Source: an uncultured Candidatus Saccharibacteria bacterium
GTDB taxonomy: Bacteria; Patescibacteriota; Minisyncoccia; Phycocordibacterales; UBA9973
Assembly (NCBI GenBank): GCA_964548505.1
Contig: CAZJQE010000001.1
Coordinates: 1 to 52,453 of the forward strand
DNA length: 52,453 nt
Reading direction: 5' to 3'
Positions 43,491 to 52,399 of this stretch are shown in pieces. A program made the position numbers and the translations under genes. The first letter of the stretch is position 1. Each line of letters starts with the position of its first letter. The notes below the pieces were generated by a model. The model worked only from the letters and a program-made list of their open reading frames with translations, did no database searches and was not told where the DNA came from.

Positions 43491-45192
43491 ATTTCTCCTC
43501 AGTAAGTTTTATTCTTCTTTCTAAATCTTCTAGATGTTGCTTTCTTTCTTTTTGAAATTCTTCCGCATTCAGACCAAAGTTCTCAATCATTTTTGCTGCA
43601 TGCCCTGCCCCGAGATAGTGGGGCATCACCACAAAAGAGGCCCCTGATTTATATAATTCTTGGGTATCTTTGATATTATGAGAAAGTACTACGATAATTC
43701 CGTTTTGATTGTGATGACGATAATATAAAACTAAATTTAAATTTGTTTTAAAATCAGGAACTGTTGATACAATAATCTTTGCACTAGCTGTACCGATTTC
43801 TTCAAGAAAATCAACATCCTCTGCATCGCCAAATTTACAAGGAATATTGTTCCTTACCATTTTTTCTATTGATTTTGGATTAAAATCAACAACAAAATAT
43901 TGGTTCTTTAATTTTTCGGCAACTCGTACAAAATCATAACCTACTCGGTCATACCCAAAGATAATCATCTCGGCATCTTTTTTAATTTCTTCTTTTACTC
44001 CAATATTATGTTTTTTAACTTCAAAACTTTTTATTATTTTTCTAACATATGGATATATCTTGTCGGCATATAAAATGAGATACGTTGACCCTGCGATAGA
44101 AATAAGTCCTGCAAGAGTTATCAAGGAAACTGCTTCTCGACTGATTCGTGCAAAAGAAAGAGCTAAAGTAAGTAAAATAAGTGAAAATTCACTGATTTGA
44201 GCAATGGTCATACCAGTCAGGAAACTGACTCGACTTCGATACCCTTGTAAATTCATCAAAAAAATAACTATAAAAGGTTTCGCAAAAAGAATAAATAAAG
44301 CAATGATAATAGCTGGAAAAATAATGATACTGATACTAGACAAAATCATTTGAGATCCTAACATTACAAAAAAAAGAAGAATGAAAAAATCTCGTAATGG
44401 TTTCATGCGGGAACTTATCTCTTGAGAAAAAGTTGATGATGAAAGTGATACTCCAGCAGCTAGTGCTCCAATTTCTAAAGAAAAACCAAATTTATAAAAA
44501 ATGGCCGCAAGTCCTAAACCCCAAGTCATCGAAAAAAGAAATAATAATTCTTGGGAACTTGCGAGAAAAGAAGAAATCTTTGGTAAAAGATATTTACTAA
44601 ATATATAAAGTACAAAAAAGAATGCAACTCCTTTAATAAGGATAGAAAGAGCGTAAATCAAGGCACTACCTTCAATAGAATAAAAAGAACCTAAAATTGA
44701 TACAAGAAGTAAAACTATTGTTGCTATTATATCTTGCATTAACAAAATGCCAATAGAAATTTTTCCGTAAAGTTTCCCAATATCACTTTTGTCAGAAAGA
44801 AGTTTAAGGACAATAATGGTACTAGAAAACGTAAGTGCCAGTGCTCCATAGAATGAAATAGTATTACTAAAACCAATTAATTTCATCAATAAAAATCCAA
44901 GGATTGATGTAACGATTACTTGTCCAAGACCCGTAATCACAGAAACCTTCCCAACTTCCCGTACAATGTCAGGCTTGAGCGAAAGTCCTATAATGAAAAG
45001 AAGAATCGCAATTCCAAGTTTTGAAAAAAGTTCAATATATTGGCTAGATTGAGTAAGATTTAATAAATAAGGACCAACAATTATCCCACTTAAGATATAG
45101 CCAACAATAAGTGGCTGTTTTAATAATCTCATCACAATAGAAACAATAGTCGCCACAAAAATTATCAAACCTATTTCAATAAAAATATGCAT
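43489..45192 (-). CDS. CPA2 (Kef-type) cation:proton antiporter with a C-terminal RCK/TrkA-N domain
   Basis: Twelve or more TM helices starting QPLIVGYILSGIIVGP. Then a Rossmann-like region IIFGYDRVGYDF. Confidence 0.85.
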   Translation of the reverse strand: MHIFIEIGLIIFVATIVSIVMRLLKQPLIVGYILSGIIVGPYLLNLTQSSQYIELFSKLGIAILLFIIGLSLKPDIVREVGKVSVITGLGQVIVTSILGFLLMKLIGFSNTISFYGALALTFSSTIIVLKLLSDKSDIGKLYGKISIGILLMQDIIATIVLLLVSILGSFYSIEGSALIYALSILIKGVAFFFVLYIFSKYLLPKISSFLASSQELLFLFSMTWGLGLAAIFYKFGFSLEIGALAAGVSLSSSTFSQEISSRMKPLRDFFILLFFVMLGSQMILSSISIIIFPAIIIALFILFAKPFIVIFLMNLQGYRSRVSFLTGMTIAQISEFSLILLTLALSFARISREAVSLITLAGLISIAGSTYLILYADKIYPYVRKIIKSFEVKKHNIGVKEEIKKDAEMIIFGYDRVGYDFVRVAEKLKNQYFVVDFNPKSIEKMVRNNIPCKFGDAEDVDFLEEIGTASAKIIVSTVPDFKTNLNLVLYYRHHNQNGIIVVLSHNIKDTQELYKSGASFVVMPHYLGAGHAAKMIENFGLNAEEFQKERKQHLEDLERRIKLTEEK

Positions 45193-45231
45193 AGTCCAAT
45201 TATACTAAATTTCCTTAAATTTGTCCCCGCT

Positions 45232-45252
45232 AAGCAAGAACAGTTCTTGCTT
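45232..45252. repeat. Palindrome AAGCAAGAAC-A-GTTCTTGCTT
   Basis: Read directly. Intergenic. Confidence 0.8.
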
Positions 45253-45266
45253 AACTCTTGCTTAAA

Positions 45267-45863
45267 TTATAATTTTTTTAGTACTGCTTTCCAAGCAAAG
45301 TGCTTATTACCACCACTTTCCCATGATTCTTCTTTCCATGGCATAATACTATTATCCCATGCAATATCTGGAAAAAGATTTCTTAAATCTTCAAGTTTTG
45401 CGTGATGAAGTTTTTTAGCAGCAGTTTCATTTTCGGAAAAATGAGTAATTGAATACAATCCTCCTTTTTTCAATTTTTCTTTCACTAGCTCAGCAAATTT
45501 TTTAAATTCTTTCTCAGTTTGAAAATAATGAGACATCCCACAATCAATAATGCCATCAATAGAACCATTCTCAAGTTTTTCGAGTTCACTCAAGGACTCT
45601 CCGTTTCTAATCTCGAAACTTGGATTTTGTTCACTTTTTTGTTTCAAAATAGAGTTTTGAGCTGCATCTCTTTCAATAGAGATAACCTTCCCCACTCCCT
45701 GTTCTAAGGCATAGATAGAATGTCGTCCTTCCCCAGCACCACAATCAACGACAGTGGTTTTTTCTTTGTTTGGTAAATTTTCTACAAGCTTAACAACTTC
45801 ACTTGAAAGTTTAATTGACCATTCTCTTTCCTTATTTATTTGTGCTATTTTTTCTTTGTTCAT
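45267..45863 (-). CDS. SAM-dependent methyltransferase
   Basis: VVDCGAGEGRHSIYA (motif I) and IIDCGMSHYF. Confidence 0.7.
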   Translation of the reverse strand: MNKEKIAQINKEREWSIKLSSEVVKLVENLPNKEKTTVVDCGAGEGRHSIYALEQGVGKVISIERDAAQNSILKQKSEQNPSFEIRNGESLSELEKLENGSIDGIIDCGMSHYFQTEKEFKKFAELVKEKLKKGGLYSITHFSENETAAKKLHHAKLEDLRNLFPDIAWDNSIMPWKEESWESGGNKHFAWKAVLKKL

Positions 45864-46684
45864 TGTTTATTTTCACCAGAATTACTTATTATACTTTTTG
45901 CCTCTTTAAGTACTTCTGCCATATTTATTTTGTCTTGATGGGTAATACTTTGTTTATCATAATTTCCTGTTTTTGGTGACAAAGAAAATAGCTCAGGATG
46001 GCCTTTTAATATTTTTAGTATTTTTGCGTCTGGGCTGGAAGGGTCAAGTTCCGACTCAACAAATCTAGAACCCAACATAATTATTCCATTTATTTTTTTC
46101 ATCTCAAACTCAAGAAGTCTTCCATTATGATATTTTTCAGGGAGCTCAAAAATAAAATCATTAAGAAAATCTTGTCTTCTTTCTCTATTTTGCATGACTT
46201 GCTCAGCTCTATGTTGTAAAGATGCAAGTGGAATATCAATAACATAAGCAACTTCGGATAATGAAAAAATAACTTCAGTTTGATTTACATTCTTGGGCTC
46301 ACCGAAAAGTTCTAGCCCCACTTCATTATTATATTCTTGATCAACTTTGTTCGTTTTATCTTTAGTAAACCTTGATCCAAGCATTATAGTTCCATTTGGC
46401 ATTTTTTTTAATGAAAATTCACGAAATCCTCCCCTTGAATATCTTTTAGGAAGTTTATAAAAAAACAGATCAAAAAGAAAATTTTTAGTCTTCTCCTTGC
46501 TTTCCATAGCTTTTTCTGCTTCTTCTTGTAAAGAAGAAACGGAAACACCTAAAACTTTAGCTGCTTCCTCTAATGAAAAAATTATTTCTGTTTGTTCTTT
46601 TTTCTTTTGTTTACCAAAAATTTCTACACCTATCTTGTCAATATTTTCATTATTGATATTAAAATCTGGTTTTGGTTCTCCCAT
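45860..46684 (-). CDS. Hypothetical protein made of two tandem ~110-aa modules
   Basis: Module 1: VEIFGKQKKKEQTEIIFSLEEAAKVLGVSVSSLQ...IMLGSRFTKD. Module 2: LELFGEPKNVNQTEVIFSLSEVAYVIDIPLASLQ...IMLGSRFVES. There is a 4-nt overlap with the downstream methyltransferase gene. Confidence 0.55.
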   Translation of the reverse strand: MGEPKPDFNINNENIDKIGVEIFGKQKKKEQTEIIFSLEEAAKVLGVSVSSLQEEAEKAMESKEKTKNFLFDLFFYKLPKRYSRGGFREFSLKKMPNGTIMLGSRFTKDKTNKVDQEYNNEVGLELFGEPKNVNQTEVIFSLSEVAYVIDIPLASLQHRAEQVMQNRERRQDFLNDFIFELPEKYHNGRLLEFEMKKINGIIMLGSRFVESELDPSSPDAKILKILKGHPELFSLSPKTGNYDKQSITHQDKINMAEVLKEAKSIISNSGENKQ

Positions 46685-46788
46685 AAATTTAAAAATTTAA
46701 TTTATAAATACCCTAATTATACTCATTTCTAACACACTGGGCAAACTTATATATTTGCTGCCCACACAAAAAGCACCCAATACGTAAC

Positions 46789-46809
46789 TCGCAAGGACGG
46801 TCCTTGCGA
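46789..46809. repeat. REP-like perfect palindrome TCGCAAGGAC-G-GTCCTTGCGA
   Basis: Read directly. It ends 3 nt before the RAYT stop codon. Confidence 0.9.
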
Positions 46810-46812
46810 AAC

Positions 46813-47481
46813 TTAAGTTTCAATAAAATACCCTTCAACAAATTCTCTAAACGAATTTTCTTTCTCAAAGTAACCTGGAAATTCTTTAGAATTTATTATA
46901 TTACTCTCTGTCCTATTAATTCCTAAATAATCTTGGTAGCTTGAATATCTATATGTTTCTAAAAAACCTTTCATATTTTTGGAATATTTATTTATTTCTT
47001 TTTCCCAATTCGGAAATTTTAATTCAAGTGGGTTTAAGTGAATATAAGCGAAAAGCTGTCGCATGTAATTATCATCAACCCCAATTAATTTTGATTTAAA
47101 AAGCCCACCAAAAAGTGCCCCTTGTCTCTGGTATTTAATATTGAAAAACATTGAGTATCCTGTTCCTAATTTTTTCATAAATTTGGTAATTCCCCCATCA
47201 ATTTCTTGTCTTATTAAGATATGAAAATGATTTGGCATCAAACACCATGCGCCAATAGAAATAATTGGTTTACCTTTATCTAAAAATAAAATTTCATTGA
47301 AATTTTTATGTTGTTTATTTAAAACATCATCTAACCTAAAAGACTCATTAGAGTTTGCAAGATATAAAAGGATAATAAATCTTTCATAATCTATTTTTGA
47401 TTTAAAAATTACTCGCTTGTCTATTCCGCGATTATAAATATGATAATATTCGCCAGTTATAAATGGATCTTTCCTTAACAT
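46813..47481 (-). CDS. REP-associated tyrosine transposase (IS200-like Y1 HUH family)
   Basis: HUH motif MPNHFHILIRQ and catalytic Tyr region FAYIHLNPLE. The size and layout are those of RAYT/COG1943 proteins. Confidence 0.8.
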   Translation of the reverse strand: MLRKDPFITGEYYHIYNRGIDKRVIFKSKIDYERFIILLYLANSNESFRLDDVLNKQHKNFNEILFLDKGKPIISIGAWCLMPNHFHILIRQEIDGGITKFMKKLGTGYSMFFNIKYQRQGALFGGLFKSKLIGVDDNYMRQLFAYIHLNPLELKFPNWEKEINKYSKNMKGFLETYRYSSYQDYLGINRTESNIINSKEFPGYFEKENSFREFVEGYFIET

Positions 47482-47510
47482 TACTTAATAATATCAAGTA
47501 CTTCAAAATC

Positions 47511-47531
47511 TCGCAAGGACGGTCCTTGTGA
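47511..47531. repeat. REP-like palindrome TCGCAAGGAC-G-GTCCTTGTGA
   Basis: Read directly. It starts 30 nt upstream of the RAYT start. Confidence 0.9.
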
Positions 47532-47546
47532 AACTTATATCAAAAA

Positions 47547-48701
47547 TTACTGATATTGAATATATATCGGGCGAGGGTTTAGTTTTAATAGTTCTTCGGG
47601 GGTAAAAACAACTGTCCCTTTTTCTAGGGTATCATTGTTATAAAAAATCTTGAAACCTGTAAATTGAACAGGCTCTTTGTAGATAAATTGCCTATATGTA
47701 GTCAATTTTTTATCTCTATCCCCCCAACCATCCATATCCATCACAATTTGTACTTCAGGAAGTGGCTTGATGGTTTCGTAATCAGTAACCATTTTTTGGA
47801 TATAACGATGCACTACTAAAATTTTTGGGGTAAGATTATTTTCTTTTACAATTTTTGCTAAATATTCTACAGCAAAATTTATATCACTCGCATAAAAAGT
47901 GCCAACAACTTTGCCGGGTTTCTTGTCGCCCTTCATTGAAAATTCAGGATCAATACCGAGATGCACTTGTGGCATTTTTAAATACTTTAGAAGTAATGGT
48001 AATTCTGTTTGCAAATCACTAAATCCAACTTGGACATCTAAAAATACAATTGCATTGTTTTTTTCTGCCATTTTTAAAATTTTATCTATTTCCTTAAAAG
48101 GCATATGAGAAATATATTTTCCTCCATCGCTTGGAGTACCTTGTGCGGTAACCGCGACGTAGTGAAGTGCTGGGATTACAGGAGTAGTAGGGTCCGCAGT
48201 TTCCCATTTTTTTACTTCGACATCTAACCTCGCCAACATTTCATCTTCAGGATATTGCCCCAGTGCTCCCATTTTTTTTGAATATAAATTACCGTAATAA
48301 GCAACAATGCGCTTGAAAGGTAAAATTGCGCCCGCATTTGGATATACGGTTTTTACTGGCCAAAGATTTGGTTTTGGGGTGACTACAGATGGCAAAGTTG
48401 AGACTGTGGTTATTTCTCCAGTTTTAGGATCTTTAACTTTTTTGATTATGGGTTTTGGTGGAGGTGGAATGGGATTGTTTGCCAACTCTTCTATTTTTTT
48501 ATCATAAGCTACAGTATCAAGTGGCAAGATAGTTGGCACAGTAACAGGAATCTCTACTATTTTTTCTGGCTCATTATTACTACTCTTGTAAGAAATATCT
48601 TTTCCAGTTAAATTAATTAGGATAAAAAACAAGACAATTAGAAGAATCACTAAAGATACGACGGACAAAACCCCGTGTTTTCCTTTTTTAATAATTTTCA
48701 T
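47547..48701 (-). CDS. Membrane-anchored exported protein, unknown function
   Basis: N-terminal TM helix, a Pro-rich linker and a C-terminal alpha/beta domain of about 270 aa. No motif could be named with confidence. Confidence 0.5.
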   Translation of the reverse strand: MKIIKKGKHGVLSVVSLVILLIVLFFILINLTGKDISYKSSNNEPEKIVEIPVTVPTILPLDTVAYDKKIEELANNPIPPPPKPIIKKVKDPKTGEITTVSTLPSVVTPKPNLWPVKTVYPNAGAILPFKRIVAYYGNLYSKKMGALGQYPEDEMLARLDVEVKKWETADPTTPVIPALHYVAVTAQGTPSDGGKYISHMPFKEIDKILKMAEKNNAIVFLDVQVGFSDLQTELPLLLKYLKMPQVHLGIDPEFSMKGDKKPGKVVGTFYASDINFAVEYLAKIVKENNLTPKILVVHRYIQKMVTDYETIKPLPEVQIVMDMDGWGDRDKKLTTYRQFIYKEPVQFTGFKIFYNNDTLEKGTVVFTPEELLKLNPRPIYIQYQ

Positions 48702-48776
48702 TAGTCACATAATACATTATTATTGTATTTTTGTCTTGTTTTACAATATATATATTTACTGTTAAGATAAAGACAT

Positions 48777-49259
48777 ATGGAACAAATAAATAGAGAAGTA
48801 CAAAAGAAGAAGCCAATTTCATTGAATATTCAAGATTCAGTTGAAATGGCTAAATTAAAAAGTCAATTTATAGAAAAAGAACCAATTCATGAAGGAACAA
48901 GAAGAACCCCTGAAATGCTAAAAAGTAATGTTTCTAAAAAACTTCTTGCATACTTTTTTGATAATTATAGTGAGGTTCTTAAAACTTTCCAATCAAAAAA
49001 TAGACGAGAAGGATTCGTTAACGAAATGAGAGAAATACTTTCTAGTGAAAAAGATTTATCTGAACAAAATACTTTTAATTTAGAAGACCTTTACTTAGAA
49101 TTTATGAGAAAAATACCATTAGGAAACAAAAGTGGTGATGTCGTTTTTGGAGAGTTAGGACGAAAAGCTGGAATGGAAAAAACTGAAATTAAAGAAGTAA
49201 TAAAACTATTGAAAACTTTTTCAGAAGATGCTCGTAAAAAAATGTTTATAAAAAATTAG
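48777..49259 (+). CDS. Hypothetical protein
   Basis: 160-aa charged helical ORF, 3 nt upstream of the isomerase gene. Confidence 0.45.
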   Translation: MEQINREVQKKKPISLNIQDSVEMAKLKSQFIEKEPIHEGTRRTPEMLKSNVSKKLLAYFFDNYSEVLKTFQSKNRREGFVNEMREILSSEKDLSEQNTFNLEDLYLEFMRKIPLGNKSGDVVFGELGRKAGMEKTEIKEVIKLLKTFSEDARKKMFIKN

Positions 49260-49262
49260 TCT

Positions 49263-50237
49263 ATGCCAATGTATGAAGCAATTAAAGGAACAGCTAAACA
49301 ATTTAGTTTTATTCCTAAAATAGAGAACGAGAGAAAAATAAAAAAACTTTCTAAATATGTCATCGTCGGGATGGGTGGCTCTCACCTTGCAGGTGATATT
49401 TTAAAGAAAATTTTACCTGAATTGGATATAATAATTCATTCAAATTATAACTTACCTACTTTGCCTAAAAAAGAACTAAAAGAAAGGCTGATAATCTTGA
49501 GTTCCTATTCTGGAAATACCGAAGAATCTATTGATGCGTACGACCTGGCTGGAAAATTGGGATTGACAAGAATTGCTATTTCAATTGGTGGAAAACTTTT
49601 AGATAAAGCGAAAAAAGATAAAGTACCCTACATACAAATGCCAGATTACAACATCCAACCTCGTTCAGCACTTCCCTTGAGTTTGATAAGTCTACTCAAA
49701 GTTATTGATGAAAAAGAAATGTTGAAAGAAATTGGAAAACTCTCAAAAACTTTCCATCCTGAAAATTTTGAAAAAGAAGGAAAGGAGTTAGCCGAAAAAA
49801 TTCGCGGGAGTGTTCCTGTGATTTATGCTTCAGATAAAAATATAACTCTCGCCTATAACTGGAAAATAAAATTCAATGAAACAGGTAAAATTCCGGCATT
49901 TTATAATGTGCTTCCAGAGCTTAATCATAATGAAATAAATGGATTTGATGTAAAAGACACAACTCGCAAACTTTCAGAAAAACTTTGCTTTATTTTTTTA
50001 AAAGATAAAACTGATCACCCAAAGACTAAGAAAAGAATGCTGGTAACAGAAAAGTTGTATAAAGAACGTAATTTAAAAACTTACAATATTGATATTTCAG
50101 GTAAGAATATTTTTCACAAAATTTTTAGTAACCTATTAGTAGCCGATTTTACGGCTTATTTTACCGCAGAAGGATACGGACTTGAATCAGAACAAGTTCC
50201 TATGGTTGAAGAATTTAAAAAACTTATAGAAAAATAA
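49263..50237 (+). CDS. Bifunctional phosphoglucose/phosphomannose isomerase (SIS family)
   Basis: VIVGMGGSHLAGDIL, LSSYSGNTEE and the C-terminal NWKIKFNETGKIPAFYNVLPELNHNEINGF. Confidence 0.85.
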   Translation: MPMYEAIKGTAKQFSFIPKIENERKIKKLSKYVIVGMGGSHLAGDILKKILPELDIIIHSNYNLPTLPKKELKERLIILSSYSGNTEESIDAYDLAGKLGLTRIAISIGGKLLDKAKKDKVPYIQMPDYNIQPRSALPLSLISLLKVIDEKEMLKEIGKLSKTFHPENFEKEGKELAEKIRGSVPVIYASDKNITLAYNWKIKFNETGKIPAFYNVLPELNHNEINGFDVKDTTRKLSEKLCFIFLKDKTDHPKTKKRMLVTEKLYKERNLKTYNIDISGKNIFHKIFSNLLVADFTAYFTAEGYGLESEQVPMVEEFKKLIEK

Positions 50238-51035
50238 TTATTGAATATTGTTCTCTTCTTCAACTGTTTCCATCTCAACAACAAATTTTTTAGTATCAAT
50301 AAAAAATAAAGTAATGTTTGTGATCACTAGACCAGTAAAAACTATTTTGATTGCTTGGTTGAGAAAATGCCAAAATTCGTGATATTTTTTAAAAATTTTA
50401 ATTTCATCTACATAAACAATTTCGCATGCTCCCCCACTTCTTGAATTACTGTTTATGTCTTCACGGGAAACACTGGTCATGCGATACCAAGAACTTCTCT
50501 CTTCGGCATAATCTACCAAACTTCCTTTTAAATAAATCTGGTCTCCGATATTTAGATTTCGTATTTTATCTTGAATAGCAGGGTCAGCGGTAAGGAGATG
50601 ATTGTTGGAAAGTTTATCTTCATAAAAAGTCTCTTTGGGATACTCTGAAAAATTGATATAACAAGTCCATTCCCCACTACTAAAACTAACTGCTTTATCT
50701 CTGTACACTTCGTCTTCAATATTTTTACCCCATACCACGCAAACATCTTTTAAATTAACTGAATTTTTATCGGTATAATAGTTGTACCAAGCATTGATAT
50801 TGTTCTTGCTTACAACCAATCCCCATAATTCATAATCAGCTATTGGTCGAACATTGTAATTTTTGTGCCTGTAAGAAAAAGAAAAATCTTTTCGGGTGGT
50901 TTCTGTTTGGATTGGTTCTCTGTATAAATCAGGAACAATTTCACTCTTTTGTGGTAATTTTTTAAGTACAAAAAAAGAGACTAAAAATAAAACAATAACT
51001 ACAACATATGAAATTCTAAATATTATTTTCCGCAT
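50238..51035 (-). CDS. Membrane protein with an N-terminal and a C-terminal TM helix, unknown function
   Basis: Clean ORF. No recognised motif. Confidence 0.5.
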   Translation of the reverse strand: MRKIIFRISYVVVIVLFLVSFFVLKKLPQKSEIVPDLYREPIQTETTRKDFSFSYRHKNYNVRPIADYELWGLVVSKNNINAWYNYYTDKNSVNLKDVCVVWGKNIEDEVYRDKAVSFSSGEWTCYINFSEYPKETFYEDKLSNNHLLTADPAIQDKIRNLNIGDQIYLKGSLVDYAEERSSWYRMTSVSREDINSNSRSGGACEIVYVDEIKIFKKYHEFWHFLNQAIKIVFTGLVITNITLFFIDTKKFVVEMETVEEENNIQ

Positions 51036-51039
51036 TTGA

Positions 51040-51513
51040 TTATTTTAAATTTGAATCTAAATATGAAATTAAACTTTTGTTGTCCTTGTATAAAAAAGTA
51101 TCAAACCCCGCCTCCTTTGCCGCATTAACATTTTGTTCATTATCATCAATATATAAAATTTCTTCTGGACTTTTTGAAAGTTTTTTGGCGACAAAAATAT
51201 AAGCATTAGAATCACTTTTATTTAAATCAAAATCATCGGCAGAAATAATTTGGTCAAAAATTGGCTCGATTGTATCTTTGATTTGGGGAACATTTTGAAT
51301 AGTGCCCGTAGTAAAAATATTTATGGAATATTTTTGTTTCAGTAATTTATAATAATCGAGCAATTCTGTATTTAATACAAAATATTCTAGAAAATCATAG
51401 TCTTTGTTTTTACCAAATAATTCTCGGTGTAGCTTATTTAGGCCGCCCATAAATGTAACTTCTTTGGGAAATAAAATTACTTTAGAAAAATCTGAAACTA
51501 TGGCTTTAATCAT
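51040..51513 (-). CDS. HAD-superfamily hydrolase (subfamily IA-like)
   Basis: N-terminal IVSDFSKVILF and C-terminal LYIDDNEQNVNAAKEAGF. Confidence 0.7.
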   Translation of the reverse strand: MIKAIVSDFSKVILFPKEVTFMGGLNKLHRELFGKNKDYDFLEYFVLNTELLDYYKLLKQKYSINIFTTGTIQNVPQIKDTIEPIFDQIISADDFDLNKSDSNAYIFVAKKLSKSPEEILYIDDNEQNVNAAKEAGFDTFLYKDNKSLISYLDSNLK

Positions 51514-51533
51514 ATTAATATTATATCAAAAAT

Positions 51534-51785
51534 TTAATATTCTTTTCTATTGCCCCATTGCCAACGTGGACGTTCACCTTTTTTATAACAAATATAAATA
51601 AGAAAAAAGGTAGACAAAAAAATAAACAAAAGATTTTTCAGCCATTCATGGTCCATCATTAACATTGCAAACGTAAAAAATACTGCCCAGATTAAAATCA
51701 CTAGCCACCCTTGCCAAGTACATGGTGTCCATCCCCAACCATACAATTTTTTTCTGAACCAAATTTTTTTGTTTTTGTTTTCCAT
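51534..51785 (-). CDS. Trp-rich small membrane protein (paralog of 22415..22681)
   Basis: KIWFRKKLYGWGWTPCTWQGWLVILIW... Confidence 0.5.
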   Translation of the reverse strand: MENKNKKIWFRKKLYGWGWTPCTWQGWLVILIWAVFFTFAMLMMDHEWLKNLLFIFLSTFFLIYICYKKGERPRWQWGNRKEY

Positions 51786-51793
51786 AAAATTAT

Positions 51794-52240
51794 TTATTTA
51801 ATCCAAAACTTTTTGATAATTCCCTTTTCCCAAGCTAGTAAAAATTCTACATGAAATTTTTCTTTAGAATTAATCATTGTCTCAATTTCTTGAAATGTAA
51901 AAAATTTAATTTCGGCAACTTCTTTTGGATCTAGCACAAAGGGTCCATTGTACTTAGTTCTAAATATATAAAGGTCAGTTATTCTAGTTTTAGTTTTGTC
52001 CCAAGTCGGATAAGTAAAATTATCTCGAAGTAAAAATTCAGCATCCGCCTTTGCGCCAATTTCTTCCAGCATTTCCCTTTCAACCGAATCTTTTTCATCT
52101 TCACCTTCATTAATTCCACCCCCTGCAGAAAAATCCCAGTGGTATGGAAACTTGTCATCGTCTACTGCGCGCCTTTGTAGGGCTAATTCCCCCTTGTCAT
52201 TAAATACCAATATCGCGGAACATTTCTTGTATTCGAACAT
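51794..52240 (-). CDS. NUDIX hydrolase
   Basis: Nudix box GGGINEGEDEKDSVEREMLEEIG. Confidence 0.85.
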   Translation of the reverse strand: MFEYKKCSAILVFNDKGELALQRRAVDDDKFPYHWDFSAGGGINEGEDEKDSVEREMLEEIGAKADAEFLLRDNFTYPTWDKTKTRITDLYIFRTKYNGPFVLDPKEVAEIKFFTFQEIETMINSKEKFHVEFLLAWEKGIIKKFWIK

Positions 52241-52308
52241 ATAATGATTATATCAATATTTGATAAAAAGTCATTTTTATATTATTGTATAAAGGTTAAT
52301 TAAACGAT

Positions 52309-52366
52309 TGGGAGATCGTCTAATTGTGGGAATAAAAATGAAACTGCTTTCATTTTTATCCGGTTC
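52309..52366 (+). other. Degenerate tRNA-Gln-like fragment (5' part duplicated)
   Basis: TGGGAGATCGTCTAAT is identical to the first 16 nt of the tRNA at 52400. A 10-bp hairpin AAAAATGAAA-CTGC-TTTCATTTTT follows. No 3' acceptor strand is present. Confidence 0.35.
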
Positions 52367-52399
52367 TTAAAGAAATTGCTGTTATTTTGTGTTCCGAGC

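Larger units (their letters stand above)
46789..47531 (-). mobile_element. REP-flanked RAYT (IS200/IS605-like Y1 transposase) unit
   Basis: The transposase-like CDS is bracketed by two direct copies of CTCGCAAGGACGGTCCTTG(C/T)GAAACTTA. Confidence 0.65.

Noticed and set aside
52309-52366. Upstream tRNA-like sequence as a second functional tRNA
   Set aside because: The D-stem does not pair. The anticodon-like arm is a 10-bp stem with a 4-nt loop. No sequence complementary to the acceptor 5' strand follows.
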